Below are positions 12,183 to 24,419 of a DNA stretch of 64,000 nucleotides, piece after piece. How positions within the stretch are numbered: position 1 is the first letter of the stretch; each line of letters begins with the position of its first letter. The stretch lies in contig NW_003314309.1 of NCBI RefSeq assembly GCF_000143415.4, positions 1-64,000 of the forward strand. The letters are read 5' to 3'. Below the pieces are notes generated by a model that worked only from the letters and a program-made list of their open reading frames with translations, did not search any database and was not told where the DNA came from. The DNA is from Selaginella moellendorffii (Eukaryota > Plantae > Lycopodiophyta). The position numbers and the translations under genes are program-made.

Positions 12183-12800
12183 CTTCAAGCCCAACAATTA
12201 CAGTCACCACCCCAAATCTATGCTTGAGGCTAAGGAGTTTCTGGGAGGAGAAGAGGGCGGTGAAAGAGATGGACCAATTTGTCTTAGCAGCTGGGTGCTG
12301 GCTTTGGTATATAGAGCCCAAGAAATCGAGAATGGGCCAGCCTTGTGTCTTGGTACGCCAACTTTGTAGCCAACTTCCACAAGCCTTCCCATACATGCAA
12401 CTGGAATGAGAAAGCAGCCAATTTTCTTAAAATTTGTTTATCATAGCCACAGCTTTCTCACTGCCAGCGTTCCAACATTCTGCCACATCCTCTCCAAAAA
12501 ATTGAAACTTTGTATCCCACCTCAACAATGAGAAGAGTGTCTAGAAATTTCTTCCTGAGCTCCACAATCTGCTGCTACAGAGGAGTAAGCTTCTCCTTTC
12601 CTGATGGCAACTTTCCATCACAGGAGGAATTTCCATTAGAAGCATCCTGTCCCCAATAACATTTACAAAATTTCTATACCTGTGTGCTTGCAAGAGGATT
12701 TAGATGTAGAAGCCAGGTTGGGGTATTGATTGGCTGCGTTCTCAGCCAGTCGTTTAAGATGACACAGTGATCATTCTTGAAGAAGCTGGTGGCCGCAGTG
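12183..12800 (-). pseudogene. MSH3: Older, scrambled tandem duplicate of MSH3 exon 1
   Basis: Pieces match 11300-12120 (VEVGYKVGV, KAGPFS, ggagtaagcttctcct) with deletions and frameshifts. Confidence 0.8.
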
Positions 12801-12889
12801 CTTAGTATATTTATTATAAGATTCTTATATTATTTTATTAGAATAATATTATTTGTAGGTGAACCATATATTATAGCTTACTTGCTAAA

Positions 12890-14130
12890 TCTGAGAGGGA
12901 GATGGCTAATTATTTTCCTGTTGCATTTGTTAGTTATTGTTAGTTATTGCAAGAGTGAAATTTCTGCAATATTTATCTTTGGAAACTCATTAGTAGATTA
13001 TAGAAATAACAATTACATTTTAAACACTTATGCAAAGGCTAATTTCCTCCCTATGGAAGGAAGTTCCTTAGTGGAGCAATAGGGATATTTTCAAATGGAA
13101 ATCTCATTCTTGATGTTAGTAAAGTGTTTAAATTTGTTCATTTGCAACTTCATATTTAAATCTTTAATTAATTTAACCATTTTTGTCACCCACAAAGAAT
13201 ATATAGCAAAGTGTAAATTATGGAAGTGTTAGATGTGGATTGTTCAATATTATTGAAGTTTGTTGAAAGAAAATTCATTTAATTTTTTAATTTTGTGTCA
13301 AGAGAATCTTTCCAAGCCAAAATTATCCATGACCTATTTATCTACAAGTGAAAAATTTCATTGAAGATAAACATATACTCATATCTCAAATTTGTCTAAA
13401 TGCAACACTAAACATCATAAACAAATCTATATTTTACATAACATATGGATCTAATAATATAATTAATAATTACTATGAACTTGATTCTTTTTTGCCAAGT
13501 TAATACACAATTTTAGAGTTTATTGATATTTTGATGCAACTTTATGATACTCAAATTCTGGTAAACATAATTCATAACTTTAAACTATTATACAACCTCT
13601 TTATTCATGTTATAGATCTTGTATCAAGAAAGAACATGCAAAATTGTGGTTGCATCCTTATTTTCATTAGGTTGTAGCACATTCTTTTTTATCAAACACC
13701 ATTAACTAACTTGCAAAGTAGTAAGCCAGTTTAATTACAAGCTTAATTTAGTCTTATTTTTCTTAGATTAAATTTACTAGGACTCAATATTTTTTATGTA
13801 GACCCTTACACTATATTACTTAATATTGTTCAAAATCTTCTATCATATAGTAAATTTGTATTAAAGAAAAATACTTTATTTTTTAATCATGAAAAATTGT
13901 AATAGGCTTCCCAATTTTTAATGTTGGATGTTGCAACTTTATAAAACCCAATTAAAATACTTTAGTGACAAAATATTTACCCTTGATTTTATCTTATTTA
14001 GATCTAAGAAAGTATATTTATTGGGATCAATTTCATCCTACCTCCAAAATTTATAACATGCTTACTGATCTATTTTGAATGAAAGTGATTATATATATTC
14101 TATCAACATCTAGCAATTAACTTCTATATA
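12890..14130 (+). pseudogene. GDSL esterase/lipase pseudogene (copy 1)
   Basis: AIFIFGNSLVDYRNNNY..AKANF, FSNG, KSIFYITYGSN and WDQFHPT blocks; many stops; very AT-rich. Confidence 0.85.
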
Positions 14131-15205
14131 ATAAATTTTAATACAAATTTTTATTAGTCTGATTTTATTTATAAAATATTATAATAAAATTTTAAACTGA
14201 AGTTTTTAAAAGTAATTTATAAATGTATTAAACACTTTATTATAATAACATTTATGTATAATATTTTAATTTAGAAAAATAAATAACTAGCAATACAAAC
14301 ATATAAATTAATCAAGTTTAGATTATCTGATTTAGATTTTTTAGGAATTTAAAGATTATCTACTAATTTAAGAGCATTAGATTATATATAAAATAGTTTT
14401 ACTTATATTTTCTTCACCATTACTGCTGCTATAGTTTTAAAGATAAAATAATCTTTAATTTATGTAGTGAATTAAATAAAAAATAACACTATTCTTTCAT
14501 AGATATAAATGTTTTTTATCACACCAAATTAATAGTAAACATTTCTTCTATAAACCCTATACAATGTTTTACTATCAAAGTTCATTTAATTAAATTTATT
14601 TTAAAAAATTTGAATTCAGCTTTATTAAACTAAATATACTTATTTGAACCAAAATCTGGGATCACTGCTAGCACACGTGGTTCTTGTTGGATTCCAAGTC
14701 TAGAGATCCTCGTCTTGCTTACCAAATATCTTGACGTCCCCGATCAATCACAAGCTCCACCTGGGTTTCCATTTAGAGATGAAACAAAAGTTTGTAAAGC
14801 AGCGAAGTCCATTTTGATCTTCGTCACGAACTTGTCTTCCGAGAACTAAGAGCCTGTCAAGCCTCTCACGAGTTACAATTCTTCACAGGGAAAAAAGAAA
14901 GAAAACACAGCTCCACCTTGAGTGCCTAAACCACGAACATTGCTCATAGTTACTCCTCGAATTCCAACTCTCAGCAATGCTTGATTGAAAGAACAAAAAG
15001 CTTGAATAAAAAAAACCTTGAATCCTTGAGAGTTCTTACCCTTGATGCTTGGGAGTCTCCAAGGTCTAGAAAAAAAGGAGAGAGAAGCAAAGAAATTGGT
15101 ATTACTGCGTTACCAGTCAGATCCGAGCTCCAAAGAATCCGTCCACATCCTCTATCCTCACAATCCAAAAGAAAAGAGAAAGAAAGCTCAAACCTCTCTG
15201 CAGCA

Positions 15206-15577
15206 NNNNNNNNNNNNNNNNNNNNNNNNNNNNNNNNNNNNNNNNNNNNNNNNNNNNNNNNNNNNNNNNNNNNNNNNNNNNNNNNNNNNNNNNNNNNNNN
15301 NNNNNNNNNNNNNNNNNNNNNNNNNNNNNNNNNNNNNNNNNNNNNNNNNNNNNNNNNNNNNNNNNNNNNNNNNNNNNNNNNNNNNNNNNNNNNNNNNNNN
15401 NNNNNNNNNNNNNNNNNNNNNNNNNNNNNNNNNNNNNNNNNNNNNNNNNNNNNNNNNNNNNNNNNNNNNNNNNNNNNNNNNNNNNNNNNNNNNNNNNNNN
15501 NNNNNNNNNNNNNNNNNNNNNNNNNNNNNNNNNNNNNNNNNNNNNNNNNNNNNNNNNNNNNNNNNNNNNNNNNNNNN
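15206..15577. other. Assembly gap (372 N)
   Basis: Run of N. Confidence 0.99.
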
Positions 15578-18500
15578 TTAATGCTTTACTTTAGAAAAAT
15601 AAATAACTAGCAATACAAACATATGAATTAATCAAGTTTAGATTTTCTGATTTAGATTTTTTATGAATTTATACATTATCCACTAATTTAAGAGTATTAG
15701 ATTATATATAAAATATTTTTACTTATATTTTCTTCACCATTACTGACAGTAAAGTTTTAAAAATAAAATATTCTTTAATTTAGACTGTGAATTAAATTAA
15801 AAATAACACTATTCTTTCAGTGATATAAATTTGTTTTTATCTCACAAAATTAATAGTAAACATTTGTTTTATAAACCATATGCCTTGTCGTATTAAAAAA
15901 GTTCATTTAATTAAATTTATTTTAAAATATTTTTATTCAGCTATATCAAGATATGCATATATTATTTTTTACTTAATAAATATTTAGTTTTCTAATTTTT
16001 TTTTCAAATAAATATATTAGTAACTGTTCATCATATAAATGGGAAGAAACTATGATTTATTGTTTAGCTTTTTATTACAATAGCTTGAAACATGTTATTA
16101 CTAAATGTTGAAATCTTTAAAATAGGATTTGGATCAGTTAACTCTTTTGATAATAAATTTTTTTGTAAATAAAATTATTTACCATATAATCTTGAATAAT
16201 ATTTAATGGATATATATTAAATATTTATTTTAAGGAAGACTTCTTACTTGGAAGAGCTCTTATATTTTTCCTTTTACATTAGAGTGTATTTACAATATTT
16301 CTATTTTATTTAAAGCCTTCTTATTTTTAGTTGGCATATCTCTCTGGAAAATTAAATCATAAAATTATTTTCAGAAATTTTAAACTAACTTCTAATCCCA
16401 ATCTCCTAATCATAGTGCTAAATCTATGCAATTTATCATTGTAAGCACTTTAAAAGACTCTATATTATCAATTAATAATTTATTTTGATAACTTGTTAAT
16501 ATCTAAGTTCCATGATCAATTTTTCTATCACATCACAGCCACATATTTTACTTTATTCTACATACAACTAAGTCTTTTTTAGTACTTAATTCATAATTTT
16601 TACCAGTAATAGTTTTATATAAAGGTTCGAAAACATTCTTAAATATATGCATATAATCCTTTAAAAATGCTATTGGCAAGTTATAAAAATATGGAAGTTG
16701 ATAAAATGTGAATATAACCATTTGATATCATTAGGTAATGATATTTGATCTTCTTGTCTAACCAAATAATAATATATTGCTTATTGTTCTGGAGTCATTT
16801 CTCACTCTTACGTTCTACTAATAGACCTAAATGGATGATCCATAGGTAAACACCAATGACCAATATATATGCATTTTTATAAACTTCGTGACTATATTCC
16901 AAGAATCCAGGTCCATAGTCTAAGTAAAAGCATTTTCCCATTAGTTTGAAGTTTTGAACAAAATTATAATCCAGGAAAATCATGAATAAACTATCACATT
17001 GCTTCTTTAAGCTTTAAAAACTGTTGACCCTCTGGCTTAGAATTATCTTTCCATGGCACTCCATCCCATAATTGTTTCAACTCTTCCAAAAATAATAACC
17101 AATAAATATGAAGTACCTTAGGAAGTTTTGGGCCTAGAAAAATTATAAATATAAATATTTCATTTTATTTTTTAAATAATACCTGGTATAATCATAATAA
17201 GAAATATAAATGAATGGTTAATTGCTAGAGTTGGTGGTATATTATTATTAATTGCAACAATTGCCTAACATGAATATATTTTTGCCATTAATTTTGTCGG
17301 AGATAGATCATTTGCAGCCATAGTAAGATGTATATTTCTTGGATCTACTGCAAAATTTGGGTAATCATCTTAGAATTTTTTGTAAGTTGAACCATTTGTA
17401 GGCATTCTCATTATTCCATTAGTGGATCATTGATAAAATGATAAGTTATATATTGTGTTATTTCTCTACATTGAAATTATTATTGAAGTCAAAGTATAAT
17501 AGAGAAATAGTGCATTATTTTCTCAGGTATATAATTGTTAAAATCTTTGTGCTTTCTAGCAATAGAAATTTGATAAAATTGAAGGTCTTTATTCTCCTTA
17601 TGAAATAACATAAAATCATTGAAGCATGAATCAATCTTTTTATAGGTAAGTCCATTATGTTTAGTGATATTTACCACTTCCTTATAATTATTTGAAAACT
17701 TTTATTTGTAGGCAACATTTTTGTAAAGATCCTTCATCCAAATAATGAAAAATTTAATACTAAATAATAAATAAAAATTAATTACCTTACAAAATGATCT
17801 GTTGCTTGGCTTGATATTCTAGTAATAATTTGCACATCTAGAATCCTTAAACCAGCCAACAAAATAGAAGCACTTGCTCCTTTATAAATAGGTAATAAAT
17901 TGTTTTCATTTCCATGTAAGTAATCTTTAAAATAATTAAATATATTATCATCCTCAAAATCATCATTGCCACTACCATTACCACCACTCAAATTAATATA
18001 ACAATCATTTGGAACTATAGAGCTTTTATCAATTTCAAAAAATTGTTGTACTAAAGTAGTAGATCTGCATAATCTAATCCCTTGAATATCTTCCATTGAA
18101 AACCATGCATTATGTGGTGATAAAGTATGTTTACCATAAAGACAAATATAATTTATGATAATTTGTATAAGGTAAATATAATTACTTCTACACCTTAAAC
18201 ACTAACATGCAACTCTCATTCCTAAATCCTGAACAAAAAGCTTAATACAGATCTGAGGAAGAAAACAAAGTTCTTTTATTAGGAAATTATATGTTAAAAG
18301 TGGGTACATTATACTGCTATTAGTAATTTAGTTGATGTAAATATTGTTGAAATTTATGACTAAAACTTTTGGAACTACAAACCTTAAGAACTTACATTTT
18401 AGTCACAGTTTAAAAGTTGTAAATTGCAACTCTAATTAGCAACATATATGAGCTTATCTAGCTTTAAAGAATATGTTACTACAAATTATGATTTATATTT

Positions 18501-18684
18501 TAGTTGTAAAGGACAACTATAATTTCCAACTTAAATTTGAGTAATTATAAAGCTATCACAAATTAGAACTTAAAATTTGTAATAAAGCCAATTTGCTACT
18601 AACATTAAATTGAGTTGATTACAACTTAGATTTCCAACAAACACAAAAACTTTGTTGGAAAAACATATCATTATAATGCTTTTA
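15578..18684 (-). mobile_element. Decayed CACTA (En/Spm) element with Tnp2 transposase remnant, terminal repeat deleted
   Basis: Minus-strand remnants YKKIDSCFNDFMLF, YPNFAVDPRNIHL and NNIPP resemble Tnp2 (IDACPNDCMLF, RNVRL, YNLPP). Colinear with 59720-62178, which ends in a CACTA terminus. Left boundary uncertain. Confidence 0.75.
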
Positions 18685-18955
18685 CGGACTGGTGGAAGTC
18701 AAGTCTAAGTCTTGACCTGTCGAAGTCCACATTCTATCCACCGTGGCCAAAAAATCACCACAAAAAAAAATTGTACAAAAATCTATGTTATATAATATAG
18801 TTGATAGCCCAGTATACCAATGGCAAATCCCAAGTCCCCCACTTTATTGACTACCTCAATTGTGCCAAGAATTGGTTATCAAATGTGCGTGTAAACTCTG
18901 CAAAAAGAAGAACCTCATCTTTCATGATAGCGTTCACTCTTTGATGTTCTGATCC

Positions 18956-21712
18956 ATGGCCATGTCTTTCGCGGATTTGCTGCTGCCTTTGTTTCTACTC
19001 GTCTTTCTCACAAGATCCCGGTCACAGTGCCCCACAAATCCATCTGCAATCGTGAACGACACACAGGTTCTTCTCTCTCTCCGTGACAGGCTTGGCATCA
19101 AAGTGTGGAACGAGACTGCCAATCCAAGAGCATGGCGGGGAGTGGAGTGGAGCTCGGACAACCAAGTGGAGGGCCTCGCTCTGTCCAGGTTTAATCTCTC
19201 GGGAGTTTTTCCTGCCACCTGGGCCGAGCTTCCATCGCTGGCTCGCCTGGACCTCTCGCAAAACGGCCTCTCCTCGCTGGAAGTCCCTTGCAAAAATACG
19301 CAGCTCAACCTCCTCAACTTGAGCTCCAATTCCCTGCAAGAGTTCCCCGGAAATCTCTCCATCCTCGAGAGTTTGGAAAGCCTGGACCTCAGTGGGAACA
19401 ACTTAACAGTGGCCAGACTCCCAAAGTTTAGCTTGACCCTGCGATCGCTCAACCTGTCCATCAACAACTTAACTGGGAACTTTTCCATTGGTGGTAACCT
19501 GGGACTGGAGGCACTGGAACTCTCGCACAACGGACTCAGCGGCTCCATTCCAGAAACTTTCGGGGAGATGACGAACTTGACACGCCTGGACATATCGTAC
19601 AACAGGTTTAGCGGAGATCTACCCAATATTTGGAGCAAGAACTTGGAGCTCAGGTACATGCGTATCTCCGAAAATTCGCTCCAGGGTGGTTTGCCACCGA
19701 GCTTGAGAAGGCTACGCAAGCTCTCGGAATTACGCGCTGCATACAACTCTCTCTCCGGGCCACTGGAGCTGGAAGATGGCGACTTTGCAAGCATCGAGGT
19801 TTTGCACCTCGGGCTAAACGGGTTTAACAAAACGATCCCGGCTACGCTGGGAAACTTGAGGAACTTGAAGATCCTGGTTCTCATGGGGAATCGTTTTAGT
19901 GGCGCCATACCTCCGGAGCTTGGAAACTGGTCGAACATCAGAGAGATATGGCTCGACAGCAATAACTTGACTGGAACAATCCCAGGCGAGCTCTCGAAGC
20001 TCTCGCATCTCCAGAAGCTGGTTCTCAGGGGGAATCGTTTTAGTGGCGCCATACCTCCGGACCTTGGGAACTGCTCGAACATCAGAGAGATATGGCTCGA
20101 CAGCAATAACTTGACTGGAACAATCCCAGGCGAGCTCTCGAAGCTCTCGCATCTCCAGAAGCTGGTTCTCACGGGGAATCGTTTTAGTGGTGCCATACCT
20201 CCGGACCTTGGAAACTGGTCGAACATCAGAGAGATATGGCTCGACAGCAATAACTTGACTGGAACAATCCCAGGCGAGCTCTCGAAGCTCTCGCATCTCC
20301 AGAAGCTGGTTCTCAGGGGGAATCGTTTTAGTGGCGCCATACCTCCGGAGCTTGGAAACTGGTCGAACATCAGAGAGATATGGCTCGACAGCAATAACTT
20401 GACTGGAACAATCCCAGGCGAGCTCTCGAAGCTCTCGCATCTCCAGAAGCTGGTTCTCAGGGGGAATCGTTTTAGTGGCGCCATACCTCCGGACCTTGGG
20501 AACTGCTCGAACATCAGAGAGATATGGCTCGACAGCAATAACTTGACTGGAACAATCCCAGGCGAGCTCTCGAAGCTCTCGCATCTCCAGAAGCTGGTTC
20601 TCACGGGGAATCGTTTTAGTGGCGCCATACCTCCAGAGCTTGGAAACTGGTCGAACATCAAAGAGATATGGCTCGATAGCAATAACTTGACTGGAACAAT
20701 CCCAGGCGAGCTCTCGAAGCTCTCGCATCTCCAGCAGCTAGTTCTCAGCAGGAACGACATCGGCGGGGAGCTCCCTTCCGGACTCTCCAACTGCACCGAG
20801 CTCGTCCGTCTCTCGCTGAACCAGAACAAGTTCTCTGGAAATCTCCCTGACAGCTTCGGGAATTTGAGTCGCCTGCTCATTCTAGAGCTTTCTAGCAACG
20901 ATCTTGTCGGTTCAATCCCGGCCATGTTGCAAACCATGTCGTCTCTGCAGTTCCTCTTCCTCTCAAACAACAGATTCAGTGGCTCCATACCGGACTGGCT
21001 TCCCAGGCTCACGAACTTACGAGCCATGGACTTCTCGGTTAACAGGTTCTCTGGGGAGATGCCGGAAAGCATTGGCCGACTGTTTGCCAACGTCCAGCTT
21101 TACGACCAGAACAAACGGTCTGTGATGATTCAAACCGAGCGAGGACTCGTCTACAACGGTTTCGCCTTCCCGACCTACATAGACTTCTCCTTCAACCAGC
21201 TGACTGGAAGCATTCCAGCTGCCATTGGCGACCTCTACAAGCTCCAGGGGTTGTACCTGAGCCACAACCAGCTAACAGGTCCCATTCCCGAGTCCCTGGG
21301 GAAGGCAAGGAATCTCTCCTGGGTGGGGCTCGCAAGCAATCGTCTCAATGGCTCCATACCATCGTCCGTGGCGGACCTCTCGTTTCTCACCATCTTCGAC
21401 GTCTCCAACAACAGCCTGGTGGGACGGATACCTGACAGCCCGCAACTCTCGTCCATGGACGCGGCTCTCTTCGCTGGGAATCAGCTCTGTGGCTTGCCAC
21501 TGACCAACACCTGTTCGAGCACTGCTATGCCGCCACACAAGCTTAGAACAGAGGGACAAGGTGGTAGCGAACAGGACCAAAGAGAGGTGACAACACTTGT
21601 CAGCGTTGCCATCTTCGTGGCAGCCGCCTTCAACGCGTTCTTCTGGACCTATTTTGCGGCAAACCGCAGAGCTCATTCCCAGCTCTGTGGATGCTGGCAA
21701 TCAAATCTCTAG
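18956..21712 (+). CDS. LRR receptor-like protein copy 2, complete and intronless, 918 aa
   Basis: Signal peptide MAMSFADLLLPLFLLVFL, long eLRR ectodomain, island domain before the last four LRRs, GNQLCG cap, TM, short tail; ORF uninterrupted. Confidence 0.95.
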   Translation: MAMSFADLLLPLFLLVFLTRSRSQCPTNPSAIVNDTQVLLSLRDRLGIKVWNETANPRAWRGVEWSSDNQVEGLALSRFNLSGVFPATWAELPSLARLDLSQNGLSSLEVPCKNTQLNLLNLSSNSLQEFPGNLSILESLESLDLSGNNLTVARLPKFSLTLRSLNLSINNLTGNFSIGGNLGLEALELSHNGLSGSIPETFGEMTNLTRLDISYNRFSGDLPNIWSKNLELRYMRISENSLQGGLPPSLRRLRKLSELRAAYNSLSGPLELEDGDFASIEVLHLGLNGFNKTIPATLGNLRNLKILVLMGNRFSGAIPPELGNWSNIREIWLDSNNLTGTIPGELSKLSHLQKLVLRGNRFSGAIPPDLGNCSNIREIWLDSNNLTGTIPGELSKLSHLQKLVLTGNRFSGAIPPDLGNWSNIREIWLDSNNLTGTIPGELSKLSHLQKLVLRGNRFSGAIPPELGNWSNIREIWLDSNNLTGTIPGELSKLSHLQKLVLRGNRFSGAIPPDLGNCSNIREIWLDSNNLTGTIPGELSKLSHLQKLVLTGNRFSGAIPPELGNWSNIKEIWLDSNNLTGTIPGELSKLSHLQQLVLSRNDIGGELPSGLSNCTELVRLSLNQNKFSGNLPDSFGNLSRLLILELSSNDLVGSIPAMLQTMSSLQFLFLSNNRFSGSIPDWLPRLTNLRAMDFSVNRFSGEMPESIGRLFANVQLYDQNKRSVMIQTERGLVYNGFAFPTYIDFSFNQLTGSIPAAIGDLYKLQGLYLSHNQLTGPIPESLGKARNLSWVGLASNRLNGSIPSSVADLSFLTIFDVSNNSLVGRIPDSPQLSSMDAALFAGNQLCGLPLTNTCSSTAMPPHKLRTEGQGGSEQDQREVTTLVSVAIFVAAAFNAFFWTYFAANRRAHSQLCGCWQSNL
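19874..20737 (+). repeat. In-frame tandem array of six 144-bp two-LRR modules
   Basis: Exactly 864 bp from ctggttctc (19874) to ctagttctc (20738). Confidence 0.95.
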
Positions 21713-23890
21713 CTCGTCCACCATGTTGCTGCCGTCCTTTCTACCTTCCAGTTTGTAATCGACCGCTTGATGAAGTGAACTCTTCTTATCCGCTTTCAAG
21801 GCCGCCTCCTGTATAGTCTTGAGCTTATCATGATCCTCCCACAGCCCCGCGCTCCGGTAGATGCTCGCCATCAGAACGTACGCAGCCGAGTCATTCTCGT
21901 CGATCTTCGTCAGTGCCTCGAACGCAATCCTCCCCACTTCCACTTACGGAAGGCCCCGAGGACGATCCTCCAAACCACAGCATCCGCTCTCAAAGGCATG
22001 CTCTCGAGGACTTTCACGGCCTCTTCCAGTCGGTTAAGAGATCCACCAAGCTGCTGTAGTGATGAATCCCGCAAACAATGCCAGAGTCCGGGTCCATTGC
22101 CTGGAAAAACTCCCTGCCTCGTTCAACTAGGCCGCCGTGGCTGCAAGCAGTGATGACCGAGACAAACGTGATTGCGTTTGCTCGCACGCCATCTTCTCGC
22201 ATCTCGCGAAAGGCTTCGAACACGCGTGACGTGTCACCCTGTTGGCCGAATCCTGTGATCAGTGCATTCCAGGCGACGATATCTCGGACTGCCAGAGATC
22301 CAAACAAGTGCTCGGCCGCACTCATAACTCCGCACTTCCTGTAGAAGTTTACTCCCCACAACTTGATCGTCTTCCAGCCCACGCCTGTAAAGCTCAGTCT
22401 GGAGTTTCCTTCCAGCTAGGCCGTAAGTCCCGCTACAAGAGTCTGAGAGTTTGGAGCACAGTCCACTCCAAGAGTTCCAGCCCGAGCTCACTCTCACCGT
22501 TGTCTATATATCCCTGTATCAAGCTCGTCCAAACGATAACGTCCAGGCTAGGCATGCGTTTGAAAACTGCTCGAGCTTTCACCATATCTCCACACTTGGG
22601 ATACATGTCCACCAAGCTGCTCCCGACAAATCTGTGCTCGCAGCGTCCAAACTTCGCAGCGAGAGAATGAATCTCCATCCACTTTTCTAGGCTCTGGATT
22701 CGCACTAGCTTTCCATCTTCTCGCGGAACAGGTGGCTCGGACGCTGAAAGGTGGACGCAGGCCATGAGCGCAGCAACAAACGTTCTCTCGTCCGGATCGT
22801 TCTCCCGAGCCATGCCGAAGAACAGCTCCAAGGCCAGCTTGCTGTCTCCACTTACATCGGCCAGCCATGCCATCGAAGACCCTGCGAGCTTCCTCTAGCT
22901 TCTCACACTTCGCGTACATATCGATCAGAGTGTTCCCCACGAACACGTCCTCACAGCACCTGGTGTTTGAAGCTTCACCGTGGATAGCCACCCCGGTTTC
23001 CAAGCTCTTTCTCTTCACGAGTTTGCCGTCGACATCCACCGCTTCTTCTCGCATTGCCGAGCTCGCACAGGCGGCAAGCGCAGCAACACACGTCCGAGGG
23101 CTTGGACAGCACCCAGATAGCTTCATATCTTCGAAGAACACGAGAGCCAGCTCGCTTTCCCCGTTGTCCACAAAGCCTTGTATCAAGCTCGTCCAGAGCA
23201 CGACATCACGACGAGGCATGCTCTCGAAAACCATCCGCGCGTCGACCATGCTCCCACACTTTGAGTACCTGTCACTTGGCTGCTCCCCACGAAGATATCT
23301 CCACAGCAGTGGCTTTTCACAGCTCCATCGTGAACAGCGAGCTCCTTCTCCAGGCTCTTCGTCTTCACCATCTTTTGGTGGCCTCCTCTTTCACTGCTAG
23401 ATTCGCACAGCCCTTGGCAGCAGCAACGAAAGTCCAAGACTTTGGCGAGCAGTCCATTTTCCCAAAGAACTCGAGAGCGACCTCGCTTTCTCGTCTTCCT
23501 TCGCCGCGAGGCTGCTACAAGCCTTTGCCGCGTCTTGGAGTTTGGCTTGCAGCCCGACCGCCTGGCTTGCATCCTCTCGAAGATCGCTGCCCAGTATCAA
23601 GGACATCACGTTTGGGTGAAGAATGCTGTCGAACACACGGCGGGAATCCTCCATGCTGCCGCATTTCGCGTACATGTCCACAAGCGCATTGACAACATGG
23701 ATCCCCAGCTGCTTGCTCTCCGCCGCCTGGGCGATCCACGCCCAGGCGCATATTGCCCTTGCGCAAATCCCTTGTGACCTTCAACGCCGACACCTGCTGA
23801 TCGGGCGCCCGCGGCGGCGCTGCCGAAGGAGCGAATGCTGGTGCGGCGCATCGAATCGCTGCCGTCGCCAAGTCTCATCCATCGCAAGAG
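21701..23890 (-). pseudogene. PLS-class PPR-E pseudogene (copy 2)
   Basis: Near-identical to 2296-4690 with shared and private indels (extra ~51 bp near 22412-22462, >200-bp deletion near 23490). Confidence 0.88.
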
Positions 23891-23975
23891 CCCTAAATAT
23901 TTGCTAGCAACATGGAAATTCAACCAAGGCCGTCGATTCAAGAATATCTGACGGTTGGAAATGAATCGGGGACCA

Positions 23976-24110
23976 TTAGCCTGGAAAAACCTTGAGGTAC
24001 TCAGGAAAAATCGCCCTGTACAACCCAGCGTAGCCTTGGGTGCGAACAATGTGCCTCAGCGCGCTCGCAATCCCAGGCTTGTAAGCCGGTGTCCATCTCT
24101 GGTCGCCCTG
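23976..24110 (-). pseudogene. Mitochondrial carrier last-exon fragment (copy 2)
   Basis: YKPGIASALRHIVRTQGYAGLYRAIFPEYLKVFPG*; upstream exons removed by a deletion joining to the paralogue of ~7520. Confidence 0.7.
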
Positions 24111-24419
24111 TATACTTAATATACATATCTAATCAATATAATTCATTGGGAGTAGGTAAAAATACCATAATATAACTAGTAAATTTTAGAAATATAATAA
24201 ATTTACTTTTAAATAGGCCAGAAAAAAAAGTTATATAGAGAATGGATAAAAGTGAAAATACAAGTGATAGAGAGGAAACTATTAATATTTTATCCACTTG
24301 AAAAGTTCTTCACCACTTAAGAAATAATAAGCTTAAATAGAATATTAATTATATAGTATTTTAATTCCTTTAGAAAAAATAAATATCTTTAATTTTCTTA
24401 AGAGGAGAAATTAAAAAGC

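Noticed and set aside
14981-15610. ORFs running through N runs (also near 31.6, 33.0 and 33.9 kb)
   Set aside because: Artefacts of translating assembly gaps.
19874-20737. CRISPR-like or DGR-like interpretation of the regular repeats
   Set aside because: Repeats are contiguous, in-frame and lack unique spacers; no cas genes or DGR-type RT; eukaryotic context.
18934-21090. 718-aa antisense ORF over RLP copy 2 (and shorter ones at 702-1685, 62450-63202, 63342-63988)
   Set aside because: Shadow frames: a stop-free antisense frame is propagated by the 144-bp repeat and by codon bias. No recognisable domain, and it is broken in copies 1 and 3.
21698-21712. C-terminal SNL as a peroxisomal targeting signal
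   Set aside because: The protein has a signal peptide and a TM helix, so the tripeptide is probably coincidental.
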